From Thermodesulfobacteriota bacterium (GTDB lineage Bacteria > Desulfobacterota_D > UBA1144 > Nemesobacterales > Mycalebacteriaceae), in contig CBDAQI010000011.1 of the NCBI GenBank assembly GCA_965198945.1, forward strand, positions 41,881-105,880: 64,000 nt of DNA, in the 5' to 3' direction. Under the pieces are notes generated by a model. It was not told the origin of the DNA. It worked only from the letters and a program-made list of their open reading frames with translations, and searched no databases. Positions 40,489 to 50,926 of the stretch are shown in pieces. The stretch's first letter is position 1; every line of letters begins with the position of its first letter. A program made the translations under genes and the position numbers.

Positions 40489-41517
40489 TTGAAAGATTTT
40501 CAAAACAACTGGACTACACTGGTCGTTCCGAAGAAGGTTGTCAAAGATGACAAAACCGCAACTTCTTCCTACGGAAAGTTCAGTTTTGAACCACTTGAGA
40601 GGGGTTACGCGATTACAATAGGAAACGCGCTCAGACGCGTTCTTCTTTCCTCTCTTCAGGGCCCGGCGGTCGTGGCCGTCAAAATTGAGGGCGTGCTCCA
40701 CGAGTTTTCTTCAATTCCCGGAGTTGTTGAAGACGTAACCGAGATACTTATGAACCTCAAGGGGATTAATTTCAAGGCGAACACGTCGCAGACGCAGATT
40801 CTTGATTTGTCTTTTCAGGGCCCCGGAGAAGTCACGGCTTCTGATATCAAGTCAACAAACAACATTAAGGTTGAAAACGGAGACCATTTTATAGCGACCG
40901 TGTCAAATGAAACCAAGCTGGAGATGAGTCTGGTTATTGAAACCGGCAGGGGTTATGAGCCTGTGGAGGAAAGGGAGAATCCCCGCTCCATGGGAGAGGA
41001 ATATCTTCCCGTAGACGCCTTTTTCTCTCCGGTGAAAAAAGTGAACTACAACATAAAAAATGCCCGTGTCGGCAGAAGAACCGATTATGAAAATCTTGTT
41101 ATTGAAATATGGACAAACGGCTCGGTGTCTCCCGAAGACGCTCTCGCCTACGCGGCCAAGATAATCACTGAACAAATGAAAAGATTCATCAATTTCAATG
41201 ATCAGAAACTGGAACAGGAAGAGGCGGGAGAAGGTTCGGTTGTAATCAGGGGCGATGAAGAGTTTCTTTTTACCCCTCTTGATGAGGTGGACTTCTCAGT
41301 AAGGTCTTTGAACTGCCTGACCGGCGCAAACATGGAATATGTAGGGGACTTGATTCAAAAAAATGAAAGCGAATTGCTAAGCCTTCCCAGTTTCGGGAAG
41401 AGTTCGCTTGAAGATGTGTACGACAAACTCAAAACTTTTTCGCCGTCAATGTCGCTTGATACGAAGATAAACCGGGAAGTTTACGAAAAAATCAAGGAAA
41501 GCCGCGCCAAGTCATAG
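40489..41517 (+). CDS. rpoA: RNA polymerase alpha subunit
   Basis: EPLERGYAITIGNALRRVLLSS, HEFSSIPGVVED, DAFFSPV, SVRSLNCL; GGAGG RBS before TTG 40489. Confidence 0.99.
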   Translation: MKDFQNNWTTLVVPKKVVKDDKTATSSYGKFSFEPLERGYAITIGNALRRVLLSSLQGPAVVAVKIEGVLHEFSSIPGVVEDVTEILMNLKGINFKANTSQTQILDLSFQGPGEVTASDIKSTNNIKVENGDHFIATVSNETKLEMSLVIETGRGYEPVEERENPRSMGEEYLPVDAFFSPVKKVNYNIKNARVGRRTDYENLVIEIWTNGSVSPEDALAYAAKIITEQMKRFINFNDQKLEQEEAGEGSVVIRGDEEFLFTPLDEVDFSVRSLNCLTGANMEYVGDLIQKNESELLSLPSFGKSSLEDVYDKLKTFSPSMSLDTKINREVYEKIKESRAKS

Positions 41518-41545
41518 AAGACTTTGCGCTTTGGGATTTTGTGTC

Positions 41546-42043
41546 ATGAGAAACAGAAGACTGGGAAGAAAACTCGGGGTGAGAACCAAGCACAGAAAAG
41601 CGATGTTGCGCAACATGGCAACGGAGCTCTTCAGACATGAAAAAATCAGAACGACTGACACGAGAGCGAAAGAACTGAAACGTGTGGCGGATAAAATTAT
41701 CACGCTTGCAAAAAACAGCGCCGGTGACGGCGGGCTTGTTTTCAAAAGACGTATTTTTGGCTACATAACAGACAAAGAAGTCGCCCGCAAAGTGTTCACC
41801 GAGATTGCCGACAGATATAAACAGCGTCCGGGCGGATATTCAAGAATAATAAGTCTTGGCTTCAGGGCGGGGGACCAAACGCCGATTTCGCAGATAGAAC
41901 TCGTAACTGAAGAGTATAAACCCTCTTCCCGCACGAAAACTCCGCGCAAGTCAAACTTGCCGGCTCCTAAAAAGAAAAAAGACGAAAAGCCCGCCGAAAC
42001 ACGGGACGCTTCGCCTGAAAAAGACGACGCCGGCAAAGCATAG
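41546..42043 (+). CDS. rplQ: 50S ribosomal protein L17 with a C-terminal charged extension
   Basis: HRKAMLRNM, ITLAK, RPGGYSRI. Confidence 0.97.
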   Translation: MRNRRLGRKLGVRTKHRKAMLRNMATELFRHEKIRTTDTRAKELKRVADKIITLAKNSAGDGGLVFKRRIFGYITDKEVARKVFTEIADRYKQRPGGYSRIISLGFRAGDQTPISQIELVTEEYKPSSRTKTPRKSNLPAPKKKKDEKPAETRDASPEKDDAGKA

Positions 42044-42071
42044 TTATCGTCTCACGGCACGTTTTCCCCGA

Positions 42072-43097
42072 ATGAAAAAACTTCATCCCGGACTGATAGT
42101 TGATTCCCATTCCCTGAAGGAAATAGTGGAAATTTCCAAATACGCCGAAAGCGCGGGATTTCATTCCGTTTGGGCGACTGAGCTTTACAGAACGGCGTTT
42201 CAGCAGCTGGCAGCAATAGCCCCAAACACATCCACCATTAAACTCGGCACCGCGGTTGCGCTTGCATTTGTGAGAAGCCCTTTGATTACGGCGATAAGCG
42301 CAATGGATTTGGATGAATCTTCAGACGGAAGACTGATTCTGGGGCTTGGTTCGGGCGCCAGACGGACAAATGAGATGTGGCACGGTCAGCCGTTTGGCAA
42401 ACCCGTTGCCAGAATCAAAGAGTGTGTTGATGTTGTCCGGCGGGTTATTGCCGGTTCGCATATGGGCGGAGACGTTGTTTACGGCGGCCGGTATTACGAT
42501 ATAAATATCAGGGGATTCAAAAGGCCCTTTGAGCCCGTGCGCACAAATGTGCCGGTTTTTCTGGCCGCCGTGGGTGAGGGGATGGCGCGAGCTTCGGCCC
42601 GCACGGCTGACGGTTACATAGGGCACATAGTGTGTTCAAAAAAGTATATTGAAAAAAAGGTTCTGCCCGCTTTGCGCACGGGTTTGTCAGAGTCGGGACG
42701 CACGCGTTCAGACTTCTGTGTTTCCTCAATTTTTACCTGCGCCGTTTGCGGGGAAAAAGATTTGCCGGAAACAAAAAGAGCGGCAAAGGCCACGGTCGCA
42801 TTTTACGCCACGGTCAAAACCTACAGAAAACCGTTTGACCTTCAAGGTTTTACGGCGCGGACGGAAACAATCCGCGACTTTTACTTCAAGGGCGATGTTG
42901 AAGGCATGATTGAAAATGTGACCGATGACATGCTTGATACTTTCGCAATTGTGGGAACTGCTGACCAGTGCAGAAAAAGAATTGACTCCTATTCGGACTA
43001 TCTGGATCTGCCTATTTTGAGCGCCCCGCATTACTATCTTGAGCCCGGACAGGTCTCAATGTATCAGAAAAGAATTATTGAATCCTTCGGCGCCTGA
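42072..43097 (+). CDS. LLM-class flavin/F420-dependent oxidoreductase
   Basis: AESAGFHSVWATE, TSTIKLGTAV, LDESSDGRLILGLGSG, PVFLAAVG. Confidence 0.85.
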   Translation: MKKLHPGLIVDSHSLKEIVEISKYAESAGFHSVWATELYRTAFQQLAAIAPNTSTIKLGTAVALAFVRSPLITAISAMDLDESSDGRLILGLGSGARRTNEMWHGQPFGKPVARIKECVDVVRRVIAGSHMGGDVVYGGRYYDINIRGFKRPFEPVRTNVPVFLAAVGEGMARASARTADGYIGHIVCSKKYIEKKVLPALRTGLSESGRTRSDFCVSSIFTCAVCGEKDLPETKRAAKATVAFYATVKTYRKPFDLQGFTARTETIRDFYFKGDVEGMIENVTDDMLDTFAIVGTADQCRKRIDSYSDYLDLPILSAPHYYLEPGQVSMYQKRIIESFGA

Positions 43098-43146
43098 GGA
43101 TTTGTAATTGCTTTTTTCTCTTTTATAAAACACTATTTGAAAGACC

Positions 43147-44046
43147 GTGAAGATTTTCATATCCGGTTCAAGCGGCTTTATAGGTTCGGGCCTTGTGCGT
43201 TTTTTCAATGAAAGTGGGCACGAGGTAATAAGGGTTTTGAGAAAACCCCAACGGATTCAGTCCCCTGAAAAGCAGGTTTTCTACGATCCGTATTCCGGCG
43301 TTTTGGACAAGCGGGATTTTGAGGGAGCGGATGCGTTCATACACCTCGCGGGACTGGGCATAATGCGCAGATGGAGCCCTTCGGTGAAAATGGAGATTGA
43401 GCGGAGCAGAGTTATAAGCACGGGTTTTCTGTCTTCCGTTTTCTCACGGCTTGAAAGACCTCCCGGGGTTTTTCTCTGCGCGTCCGCAACCGGTTTCTAC
43501 GGAGACAGGGGTCAAGAGGTTTTAAATGAGCAAAGCGGGGCGGGAGAGGGATTTCTCGCGCGGGTCGCACGGGAATGGGAAGATACGGCAAATTCCGCAT
43601 CTCCCGTCACAAGGGTTGTGAATCTCCGGTTCGGGGTTGTTCTTGCAAAAGACGGCGGCGCTCTGGGTATGATGAGAATTCCCTTTATGCTGGGGCTGGG
43701 AGCAAAAGTAGGTGACGGGAAAGACTATTTGAGTTGGATATCACGCAACGACGCCGTAAGAGCGATTGAATTTATAATCGGAAATAACGGCATTGCCGGA
43801 CCGGTGAACATAGTGTCTCCGGCGCCCGTGCGCAATGGCGACTTTACAAAATGTGTTGCAAGCGCCCTGCGGCGCCCCGCGTTTGTGTCTCTTAACAAAT
43901 CCGTTCTCAAACTCGTTCTTGGCGAAATGGGAGAGGAAGTTGTTATGAGCAGCGCGAGAGTTTTGCCGGACAGGCTTATAAAAACCGGATTTCAGTTTGA
44001 TGACTCAGACCTAAAGACCTTTCTTCGCTCGGAGCTTGAAAGATAA
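43147..44046 (+). CDS. TIGR01777/YfcH-family NAD-dependent epimerase-like protein
   Basis: ISGSSGFIG, HLAG, ASATGFYG, GFLARVAREWE, RFGVVL, SWI, GPVN. Confidence 0.9.
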   Translation: MKIFISGSSGFIGSGLVRFFNESGHEVIRVLRKPQRIQSPEKQVFYDPYSGVLDKRDFEGADAFIHLAGLGIMRRWSPSVKMEIERSRVISTGFLSSVFSRLERPPGVFLCASATGFYGDRGQEVLNEQSGAGEGFLARVAREWEDTANSASPVTRVVNLRFGVVLAKDGGALGMMRIPFMLGLGAKVGDGKDYLSWISRNDAVRAIEFIIGNNGIAGPVNIVSPAPVRNGDFTKCVASALRRPAFVSLNKSVLKLVLGEMGEEVVMSSARVLPDRLIKTGFQFDDSDLKTFLRSELER

Positions 44047-44048
44047 TA

Positions 44049-44687
44049 ATGAAAAAAAAGGACAGACAGTATCTCCTTATGAGTCTTGATGAGTCAAAAA
44101 TTGAGAGCGACCCTTTCAAACAGTTTTCTCTCTGGTACGAAGACGCATTGCAGTCCGGCATTGATCTGCCGAATGCTTTTATCCTTTCCACAGCTTCGCC
44201 GGACGGGGCGCCCTCATCAAGGGTGCTGCTTTTGAAGGGTTCCGAAGGCGGGGGTTACAGCTTCTACACAAACTCTCTAAGCAGAAAAGGAAAGGAGATG
44301 GACTCAAACCCGCGCGCCTCAATGTGTTTTTTCTGGAACTCTCTTGAGAGGCAGATAAGGATTGAGGGGCGCATTGAAATTGTGAAAGACGCCGAAGCCG
44401 ATGATTATTTTGCTCAAAGGCCCCGAGGAAGCAGAATAGGAGCATGGGCTTCTCCTCAGGGGGAAGTTGTGAGCGGCAGAGAGGAACTTGAGCAGAAATT
44501 TGCCCTGTATGAAGAGAAATTTAAGAATTCCGCAACGGTTCTCCGCCCCCCTTTCTGGAAAGGTTACAGACTTGTTCCCTCGGTGTTTGAGTTCTGGCAG
44601 GGCAGAAAGAACCGCATGCATGACAGAATCAGATACGGAATGAAAGAAAAACCCGGCGGCTGGGTAATGGAAAGACTTGCTCCCTGA
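44049..44687 (+). CDS. pdxH: pyridoxamine 5'-phosphate oxidase
   Basis: SRVLLLK, FYTN, SRKG, RQIRIEG, EFWQGRKNRMHDR, ERLAP. Confidence 0.96.
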   Translation: MKKKDRQYLLMSLDESKIESDPFKQFSLWYEDALQSGIDLPNAFILSTASPDGAPSSRVLLLKGSEGGGYSFYTNSLSRKGKEMDSNPRASMCFFWNSLERQIRIEGRIEIVKDAEADDYFAQRPRGSRIGAWASPQGEVVSGREELEQKFALYEEKFKNSATVLRPPFWKGYRLVPSVFEFWQGRKNRMHDRIRYGMKEKPGGWVMERLAP

Positions 44688-44695
44688 AGCGGATT

Positions 44696-45586
44696 TTACA
44701 GACCGAGTCTTTTGAAGATGGCTTTAATATGGGAAGACCTGTTCAGCAAATAAAAATGAATTCCGGGAACACCGGCGCTCAGAAGTTTTTCCGCCTGTTC
44801 CGCGCAGATTTCTATTCCGGAGTCTCCGCAGTCGCCGTTTTTCCTCTCGCTTTCCTCAAGCCTTTTCATTACATTTTCAGGTATTGCGCTTCCGCACATT
44901 GAGGCTATTTTCAAAACCTGTTTTGTTGAAAGGATAGGCATAAGGCCCGGTATAACGAGGGCTTGTATCCCGCGCTCACGCACTCTCGCCACATAATCAA
45001 AATAAAAATTGTTGTCATAAAACAACTGGGTGATTATTATGTCCGCCCCGGCGCGTGTTTTTTTCTCAAGGTTTGCTATGTCTTCATCCATTGAACCCGC
45101 TTCAATATGTTTTTCCGGATATCCGGCCACCGCAATACCGAAGCTGTCTGTTCCGGGGATTTGATTCTCAAAATTTCTTATGTGGCTTACAAGCTCGTTT
45201 GCATGCGAATATCCGTTCTCAAACGGTATGAACTGCCCCCGGTTTCCGGGCGGGTCTCCCCTCAGCGCGACTATGTTCCGGATACCGCGCGCCCGCAGGT
45301 CTTTCAAAATTAAATCTATGTCCGCGCTTGAGGATCCCACGCAGGTAAGGTGGCTTGCGGTCAGAATTCCCAGGTTGTCTTTTATGTGGGAGGCTATTTC
45401 AAAACTGTTTGCTCTGGTTGTTCCCATCGCGCCATATGTGACCGATATGAATTGCGGAGACAAGCCGGCAAGTTCGTCCAGACAGAACAGAAGATTTTTT
45501 TGCCCTTCCGGGGTTTTTGGAGGAAAAATTTCAAACGAAATAACCGGTTTTTTTTCTTTTTCATATAATTCTGGGAAGATTGCCAT
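44696..45586 (-). CDS. metF: 5,10-methylenetetrahydrofolate reductase
   Basis: ISFEIFPPKT, SVTYGA, HLTC, ALRGDPP, AGYPEKH, ITQLFYD, GIHFY. Confidence 0.96.
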   Translation of the reverse strand: MAIFPELYEKEKKPVISFEIFPPKTPEGQKNLLFCLDELAGLSPQFISVTYGAMGTTRANSFEIASHIKDNLGILTASHLTCVGSSSADIDLILKDLRARGIRNIVALRGDPPGNRGQFIPFENGYSHANELVSHIRNFENQIPGTDSFGIAVAGYPEKHIEAGSMDEDIANLEKKTRAGADIIITQLFYDNNFYFDYVARVRERGIQALVIPGLMPILSTKQVLKIASMCGSAIPENVMKRLEESERKNGDCGDSGIEICAEQAEKLLSAGVPGIHFYLLNRSSHIKAIFKRLGL

Positions 45587-45596
45587 CATATCTCCT

Positions 45597-46754
45597 TTAG
45601 GCTTCACGACTTTCCGGAGGAGTCGGCACTCCGGCCGCAAGCAGGGCGATAATTAAAACCAGGGATACCGACAGAGTTATTCCCGCTCCCGTCGCATAAA
45701 AAAGACCCGCAAGCACGCTTCCGGTAAACGCTCCGAGAAAGCTTGCAAAGTTTAGCAGGCCGGAAAGTGTCCCCCTTGAGTTTACGGGCACTATCTGGGT
45801 TAGAAAGGACGGAAGAATAGGCTGGAATATGGAATGTCCGAGGAAAAAAACGGTTCCCGCAACAATCAGGCCGGTTTTTCCGGAACTTGCCGCCGCCGCC
45901 AGAGTCCCGAGCGTGAGGAGAACCAGACCCGCCGCCACCGGGATGTTCATCTTCTTGCGTCTCTCCATAATTTTGAGAAACGGATAAGTGAAAACCGCCG
46001 CCGGAAGAAGGACTATCAGATATGCCTTCCATATACGGGAAATTGTTTCCCCTGCGGCATTATCCCAACTGAGCGGGTAAACAAAAAGAAATATATTCAG
46101 TACGGAAGAAAGTATGAAAGAACTTATCAGTATCTTCTTTATATTGGCGTTGTATAGAATGCTCATTACCTTTTTTTCCGTGATTTGTTCGGCGGTTTTT
46201 TTCTCACTCGGGAAAAACAGAAGGGTTATCAAAATTGCCGCGGCCCCAAGTCCGGCAAGAATATGGAAAAGAGTTTGAAAGCCCACCCACGATGCCAGAA
46301 CCGGGCCCATGACAAGAGAAACCATAAAACTTGCCCCGATTATAATCCCCGTTATTGCGAAAGACTGCCCGCGCACTCCGGGTCTTGTGAAGTCTCCGAG
46401 AGCCGCGATTGCCACCGCGCCGACGGCGCCGCTTCCCTGTACCGTTCTCGCCGCTATGAGCTGCCAGATGTTTTCCGCAAATCCGCACCAGATGCTGCCG
46501 GCGCAGAAAAGGAGGAGGCCCGCAATAATAACGGGTTTTCTGCCGAGTTTGTCACTTGCTTTTCCGAACGGGATTTGAAGCGCCGCCTGAACCAGCGCAT
46601 ATATGCCGAAAGCAATGCCCGTGAGTAAGGGCGAAGATCCCGGATAGTCCAGCACATATAAACTGAAAACCGGCAGAATAAGGAAAATCCCGAGCAGCCT
46701 TGTGGCAAGTATTGCTCCTATAATTTTTGTCGCTTTCGCCTCGGTCCGGTTCAT
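45597..46754 (-). CDS. MFS transporter (YajR-like)
   Basis: RLLGIFLILPV, QIPFGKASDKLGRKPVI (MFS motif A); many TM segments. Confidence 0.9.
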   Translation of the reverse strand: MNRTEAKATKIIGAILATRLLGIFLILPVFSLYVLDYPGSSPLLTGIAFGIYALVQAALQIPFGKASDKLGRKPVIIAGLLLFCAGSIWCGFAENIWQLIAARTVQGSGAVGAVAIAALGDFTRPGVRGQSFAITGIIIGASFMVSLVMGPVLASWVGFQTLFHILAGLGAAAILITLLFFPSEKKTAEQITEKKVMSILYNANIKKILISSFILSSVLNIFLFVYPLSWDNAAGETISRIWKAYLIVLLPAAVFTYPFLKIMERRKKMNIPVAAGLVLLTLGTLAAAASSGKTGLIVAGTVFFLGHSIFQPILPSFLTQIVPVNSRGTLSGLLNFASFLGAFTGSVLAGLFYATGAGITLSVSLVLIIALLAAGVPTPPESREA

Positions 46755-46840
46755 TGTTGCGGTTGTGCGCTGTTGCTTTCCGCGCGACGGTATTTTATCA
46801 TAAAGGGAAGGTTTTATTCCCTTCTAAATCTTCTTGTTTG

Positions 46841-47962
46841 ATGGAACGTTTGCGGGCCGAAATTGACTTAGACGCATTGAGAAACAATGTGGAACTGTCG
46901 GCGCGGAGGGTTGGAAGCGGCGTCGGAATCATTGCCGTTGTAAAAGCTGATGCCTACGGGCATGGCGCGGTTGAAGTTTCCCGCGGCCTTGCAAGCTTTC
47001 CCGCGGTTAAAATGCTCGGAGTTTCTTCCGTTGAAGAGGGCCTTGAATTAAGAGAGTCGGGAATTTTCGCTCCGATTCTTGTTATGGGCGTTGCGACGGA
47101 CTCCCGTGTTCCGGATGCGGTAAGCGCCGGCATAACACTGAGCGTTTTCACCGAAGAGTGTCTTGTTTCACTTTCCGAAGCGGCGAAAAAATGTGGCAGG
47201 GCCGCGTCTTACCACCTGAAAATAGACACCGGAATGGCGCGTCTCGGCCTTCCCGAAAAAGACTGTTTTTCTCTGATGGAGAAAGCCCGTAATATGGAAG
47301 AGTTGAAGTTTGAAGGCATTTTCACACATCTTGCTTACTCTTCATGTCCGCAGCCCGAGCCGACTTTTGAACAGATTTCCCGTTTTAATTCGGTGGTTTC
47401 CGAATTTGAAAAATCGTGTTTGCCGCGTCCCCGTCTCAGACATATGGCCAACAGCGCTGCGGTTCAGCGATTTTCCGAATCGTTCTGCAATATGGTAAGG
47501 CCCGGAATAATGCTTTACGGTTCGTCATTTGAGAAACAAGACCTTGTTTCTGTTATGAGAGTTAAAAGTTCGGTTGTCAGGTTGAGAAAGCTGGGCGCGG
47601 GGGAGCCGGTGGGTTATGGCGGCACTTTCACAACAAAAAAACCGTCAATCATCGCGGTAATACCGGTCGGATACAGAGACGGATATTTCAGGAGGCTTTC
47701 CAATCGTTCAAGGGTTTCAATAAAGGGCGTTGCGGCTCCGGTTGTGGGAGAAGTGTGCATGGACTTTACGACCGTGGATGTTACGGGAATTCAAGGGATT
47801 CAAGTCGGGGATGAGGCGGTTTTATTCGGGAGCGGAGGGGTCTCCGTTGAAGATGTGGCAAAATGGGCGGAAACCATACCATATGAAATTATGACCGTTA
47901 TGGGAGGCAAAATCAGCAGGAAAATATATAAAAGAGACACGGGAACAGAAGCGGAAAATTGA
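46841..47962 (+). CDS. alr: alanine racemase
   Basis: AVVKADAYGHG, HLKIDTGMARLG, HMANSA, VRPGIMLYG, CMD, TIPYE. Confidence 0.97.
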   Translation: MERLRAEIDLDALRNNVELSARRVGSGVGIIAVVKADAYGHGAVEVSRGLASFPAVKMLGVSSVEEGLELRESGIFAPILVMGVATDSRVPDAVSAGITLSVFTEECLVSLSEAAKKCGRAASYHLKIDTGMARLGLPEKDCFSLMEKARNMEELKFEGIFTHLAYSSCPQPEPTFEQISRFNSVVSEFEKSCLPRPRLRHMANSAAVQRFSESFCNMVRPGIMLYGSSFEKQDLVSVMRVKSSVVRLRKLGAGEPVGYGGTFTTKKPSIIAVIPVGYRDGYFRRLSNRSRVSIKGVAAPVVGEVCMDFTTVDVTGIQGIQVGDEAVLFGSGGVSVEDVAKWAETIPYEIMTVMGGKISRKIYKRDTGTEAEN

Positions 47963-49351
47963 GCGCCCGGAAATTTTTGTGTCTGTGCCTTTTGGTAATG
48001 CCGATTTTTATTTCGTCAGTGTTGCGGGCACGCACTGCCGAGGCTTTTGTTCTCAAGGATGATCCGTTCGGTTTTTCCCGGGAAGACTCTTTTGTTTCAG
48101 CTTATTCTTTCGGTCCGTTTTTTGAAGGTTGAAGACAAAGAAAGCCCCGAGTTTGCTTTCAGGCCGCTTTTTTATCTCAAAAAAAACAGGCCGGCCGGGT
48201 CACTGAGTCTGGATATTCTTTATCCGTTTTTTCACTATAAACAAAACAATGACGGTTATCGTGCCGGGTTTTTATTTAATTTGCTCTCTTTTGGAAATAA
48301 AGTTCAGTCGGGAGCGCGTGAGAAAACTTTCAGACTGTATCCGCTGTTTTTTCATCGTTCCTCCGATATTCCGGAAAGGAGGCAGTTTGCGTTTGCGCCG
48401 TTTTACGGGAATTTCGGCGGCAAAACCAAATTTGTTCTTTTTCCTCTTTATTTGCGGACCAGTTCCGGCAAGGGCGTTACTCACAATGTGCTCTGGCCGT
48501 TTTTCGCTTTTTATTCCGGAGAGCGCAAAGGATTCAGATTCTGGCCGTTTTTCGGCAGGGTTGAGCAGAAAAAATATCGGATGAAGTTTGTTATGTGGCC
48601 GCTCTATTTTGACCGAGAAGTTGGGGCCGGCGCATCATACAGTCGCTACAAGGCTTTTTTCCCTTTTTATTACAGATTTGACTACAAAACCCAATCCAAC
48701 AAAATTTATCTCTGGCCTCTTTTCCAGAAAAGCACCGACCCGGCAAATAATCTTGATTCACTTCATTTGCCCTGGCCGTTTGTCAATTTCAAAAAGAGTG
48801 ATGATGGGACGCGGACGAGGTTTTTTCCCCTGTTTGAAAAATCTGAAATTCCGGGTGTGAAAAAGACCCGTTTTTTTCTCTGGCCTCTTTATACTTCCTC
48901 CCGAATCAAGCTCAGCAGTTACTACTATAAAAAGGACAGTGTTTTGATTATTTTCAAAATACGGCGTGAAAAGCCGTTTGACGGCCGGAGAGCTTCTTCA
49001 CTGAAAGTTGATTTATGGCCGGTATTTTCATACAGGAAGGATGAAAAGGGGAGAAGTTATTTCCACATGCTTTCACTTTTTGAGCCGTTCATAGGGTCAA
49101 GCGAAAAACTCTACAGAAACTACGCATTTTTATGGAGAGTTCTTGAAGTCCGCAGGAAAAAAAATGTCGGAACCTCCGTTTCTCTTCTGTTCGGGATTTT
49201 GAATTTCAAAAAAACCTGTGAAGAAAAATCTTTTTATATAGCGGGCAAGGCGTTCGGTTATTACTCCGGCTCAGAAGGGCGCAAAATCAGATTTTTGTTT
49301 CTTCCTGTTAAAATAGGTTCTCCGCAAAGCGGGAGGAATTGCAGCGGATGA
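47959..49351 (+). CDS. exported aromatic-rich repeat protein (WPF/FPF motifs); leader out of frame at a T6 tract
   Basis: TTG 47959 gives a signal peptide (…RARTAEA|F) and joins the long frame if one T is removed at 48118-48123; about 14 repeats of (L/W/F/Y)P(F/L)(F/Y). Confidence 0.6.
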
Positions 49352-50121
49352 AAGAAGGAGCCATAAAAAGTTTTGCGACCTTCACCGGAGGCGCTCTGAA
49401 TCTTTTTCTTGTGTCGGTTTACTGGTGTAAAGACATAAGAAAAAATATGGACAAAGTTTTTTTTCAAATAGTTGTGATTGGCTCGGATACTCTTGTTGTC
49501 GCCTTGGTAATAGGGCTTTCAGGCGGAGCGGTTCTCGCGCTTCAAACGGGACCTCTGCTTGCTGATTTCGGAATTCAGGAAACACTCGGCGGGCTCATAG
49601 GGGTGGCGGTTTCAAGGGAAATCGGTCCGGTTATGTGCTCAATACTTGTTGCCGGCCGTCTGGGTTCGGCGATAACCGCCGAGATAGCGTCAATGAGGGT
49701 TTACGATGAGATTGACGCCTTGAAAACAATGAGAATAGACCCGGTAAGGTTTCTTGTTATGCCGCGTCTTGTGGCTTTTATAGTTTCAATGCCGCTGCTT
49801 GTGCTTGTTGTGATTGTTATGGGTTGGCTCGGTGGCGCTCTTGTGGGCGCCACAAACCCGGCAATCTCTCTTCCCTCGGCGGTTTATTTTAACAACCTTG
49901 GAGACTTCGTAACTTTGAAGACAGTTTTGAACGGCGTTATCAAAGCTATGATTTTTGGTCTTTTCATTCTGATGATTTGTTCCAAAATCGGTCTTGAGAC
50001 AACCGGGGGCCCCCGGCAGATAGGCGTTTCGGTCACACGCGCGGTTGTCGCGTCAATAGTGATGATACTCGTATGCGATTACTTTACTTCAAAAATTTTG
50101 TTCATTGTCGGAATAGTTTAA
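49348..50121 (+). CDS. mlaE: MlaE-family ABC permease
   Basis: REIGPV, AGRLGSAITAEIASM, EIDAL, LVMPR, VTRAVV. Confidence 0.93.
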   Translation: MKEGAIKSFATFTGGALNLFLVSVYWCKDIRKNMDKVFFQIVVIGSDTLVVALVIGLSGGAVLALQTGPLLADFGIQETLGGLIGVAVSREIGPVMCSILVAGRLGSAITAEIASMRVYDEIDALKTMRIDPVRFLVMPRLVAFIVSMPLLVLVVIVMGWLGGALVGATNPAISLPSAVYFNNLGDFVTLKTVLNGVIKAMIFGLFILMICSKIGLETTGGPRQIGVSVTRAVVASIVMILVCDYFTSKILFIVGIV

Positions 50122-50140
50122 GGTCGGACTAAATACTGAA

Positions 50141-50926
50141 ATGAGCAAAACAAATCTTCAAATTCTCCTGTCCCACCTGACCGGAAAACCGGTTCCGGTT
50201 GAAGTTCGCGGTTTAAAAAAGTCTTTTGGCCGGAGGGAGGTGCTGAAAGGGGTGGATTTGAGTATCGCTCCCGGTGAAATAATGGTTTTTCTGGGCAGGA
50301 GCGGTTCGGGCAAAACGGTTCTTTTAAGACACATATCCGGTCTTGAATCTCCGGATGAGGGAGAAGTCCTGATTGATTCCGACCCGCCGCAGAGCACTCC
50401 CGCAACCGTTTCTCTTGTTTTTCAATCCTCCGCGCTCTTCAATTCAATGAATGTTGCGGAAAATGTGGAGCTGTTTATCAGAGAGCATCAACTTATTAAG
50501 GATGAAACCGAGATAAAGGAACTTTCTTTTGCGGTTATTTCCCTTGTGGGGCTTGCGGGAAGGGAAGAAGCCATGCCGTCTGAGCTCAGCGGCGGAATGC
50601 GCAGACGTGTTGCAATTGCCCGCGCCCTTGTGACAAATCCCAACCTGCTGTTGTTTGACGAGCCCACCACCGGGCTTGACCCCGCGACAAAAAAATCAAT
50701 TCGGGATTTGATGCTTGTAATCAAACGGGAAGTGGGAATAACTCAGGTGGTTGTAACTCATGATATTCAACTTGCCTTTGTTCTCGCCGAAAGGTTATCT
50801 ATAATGATAGATGGAAAAATAATTGAAAGCGGAACATGGAAAGAGTTGTCCGCAAGCAGAAATCCGATAGTGAGCGGTTTTTTGACCGGGTCGGAAGTTG
50901 AAGAAAAATTGGAAGAACAAAATTGA
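50141..50926 (+). CDS. mlaF: MlaF-family ABC ATPase
   Basis: GRSGSGKT, FQSSALF, PSELSGGMRRRVAIARAL, FDEPTTGLDP, VTHD. Confidence 0.92.
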   Translation: MSKTNLQILLSHLTGKPVPVEVRGLKKSFGRREVLKGVDLSIAPGEIMVFLGRSGSGKTVLLRHISGLESPDEGEVLIDSDPPQSTPATVSLVFQSSALFNSMNVAENVELFIREHQLIKDETEIKELSFAVISLVGLAGREEAMPSELSGGMRRRVAIARALVTNPNLLLFDEPTTGLDPATKKSIRDLMLVIKREVGITQVVVTHDIQLAFVLAERLSIMIDGKIIESGTWKELSASRNPIVSGFLTGSEVEEKLEEQN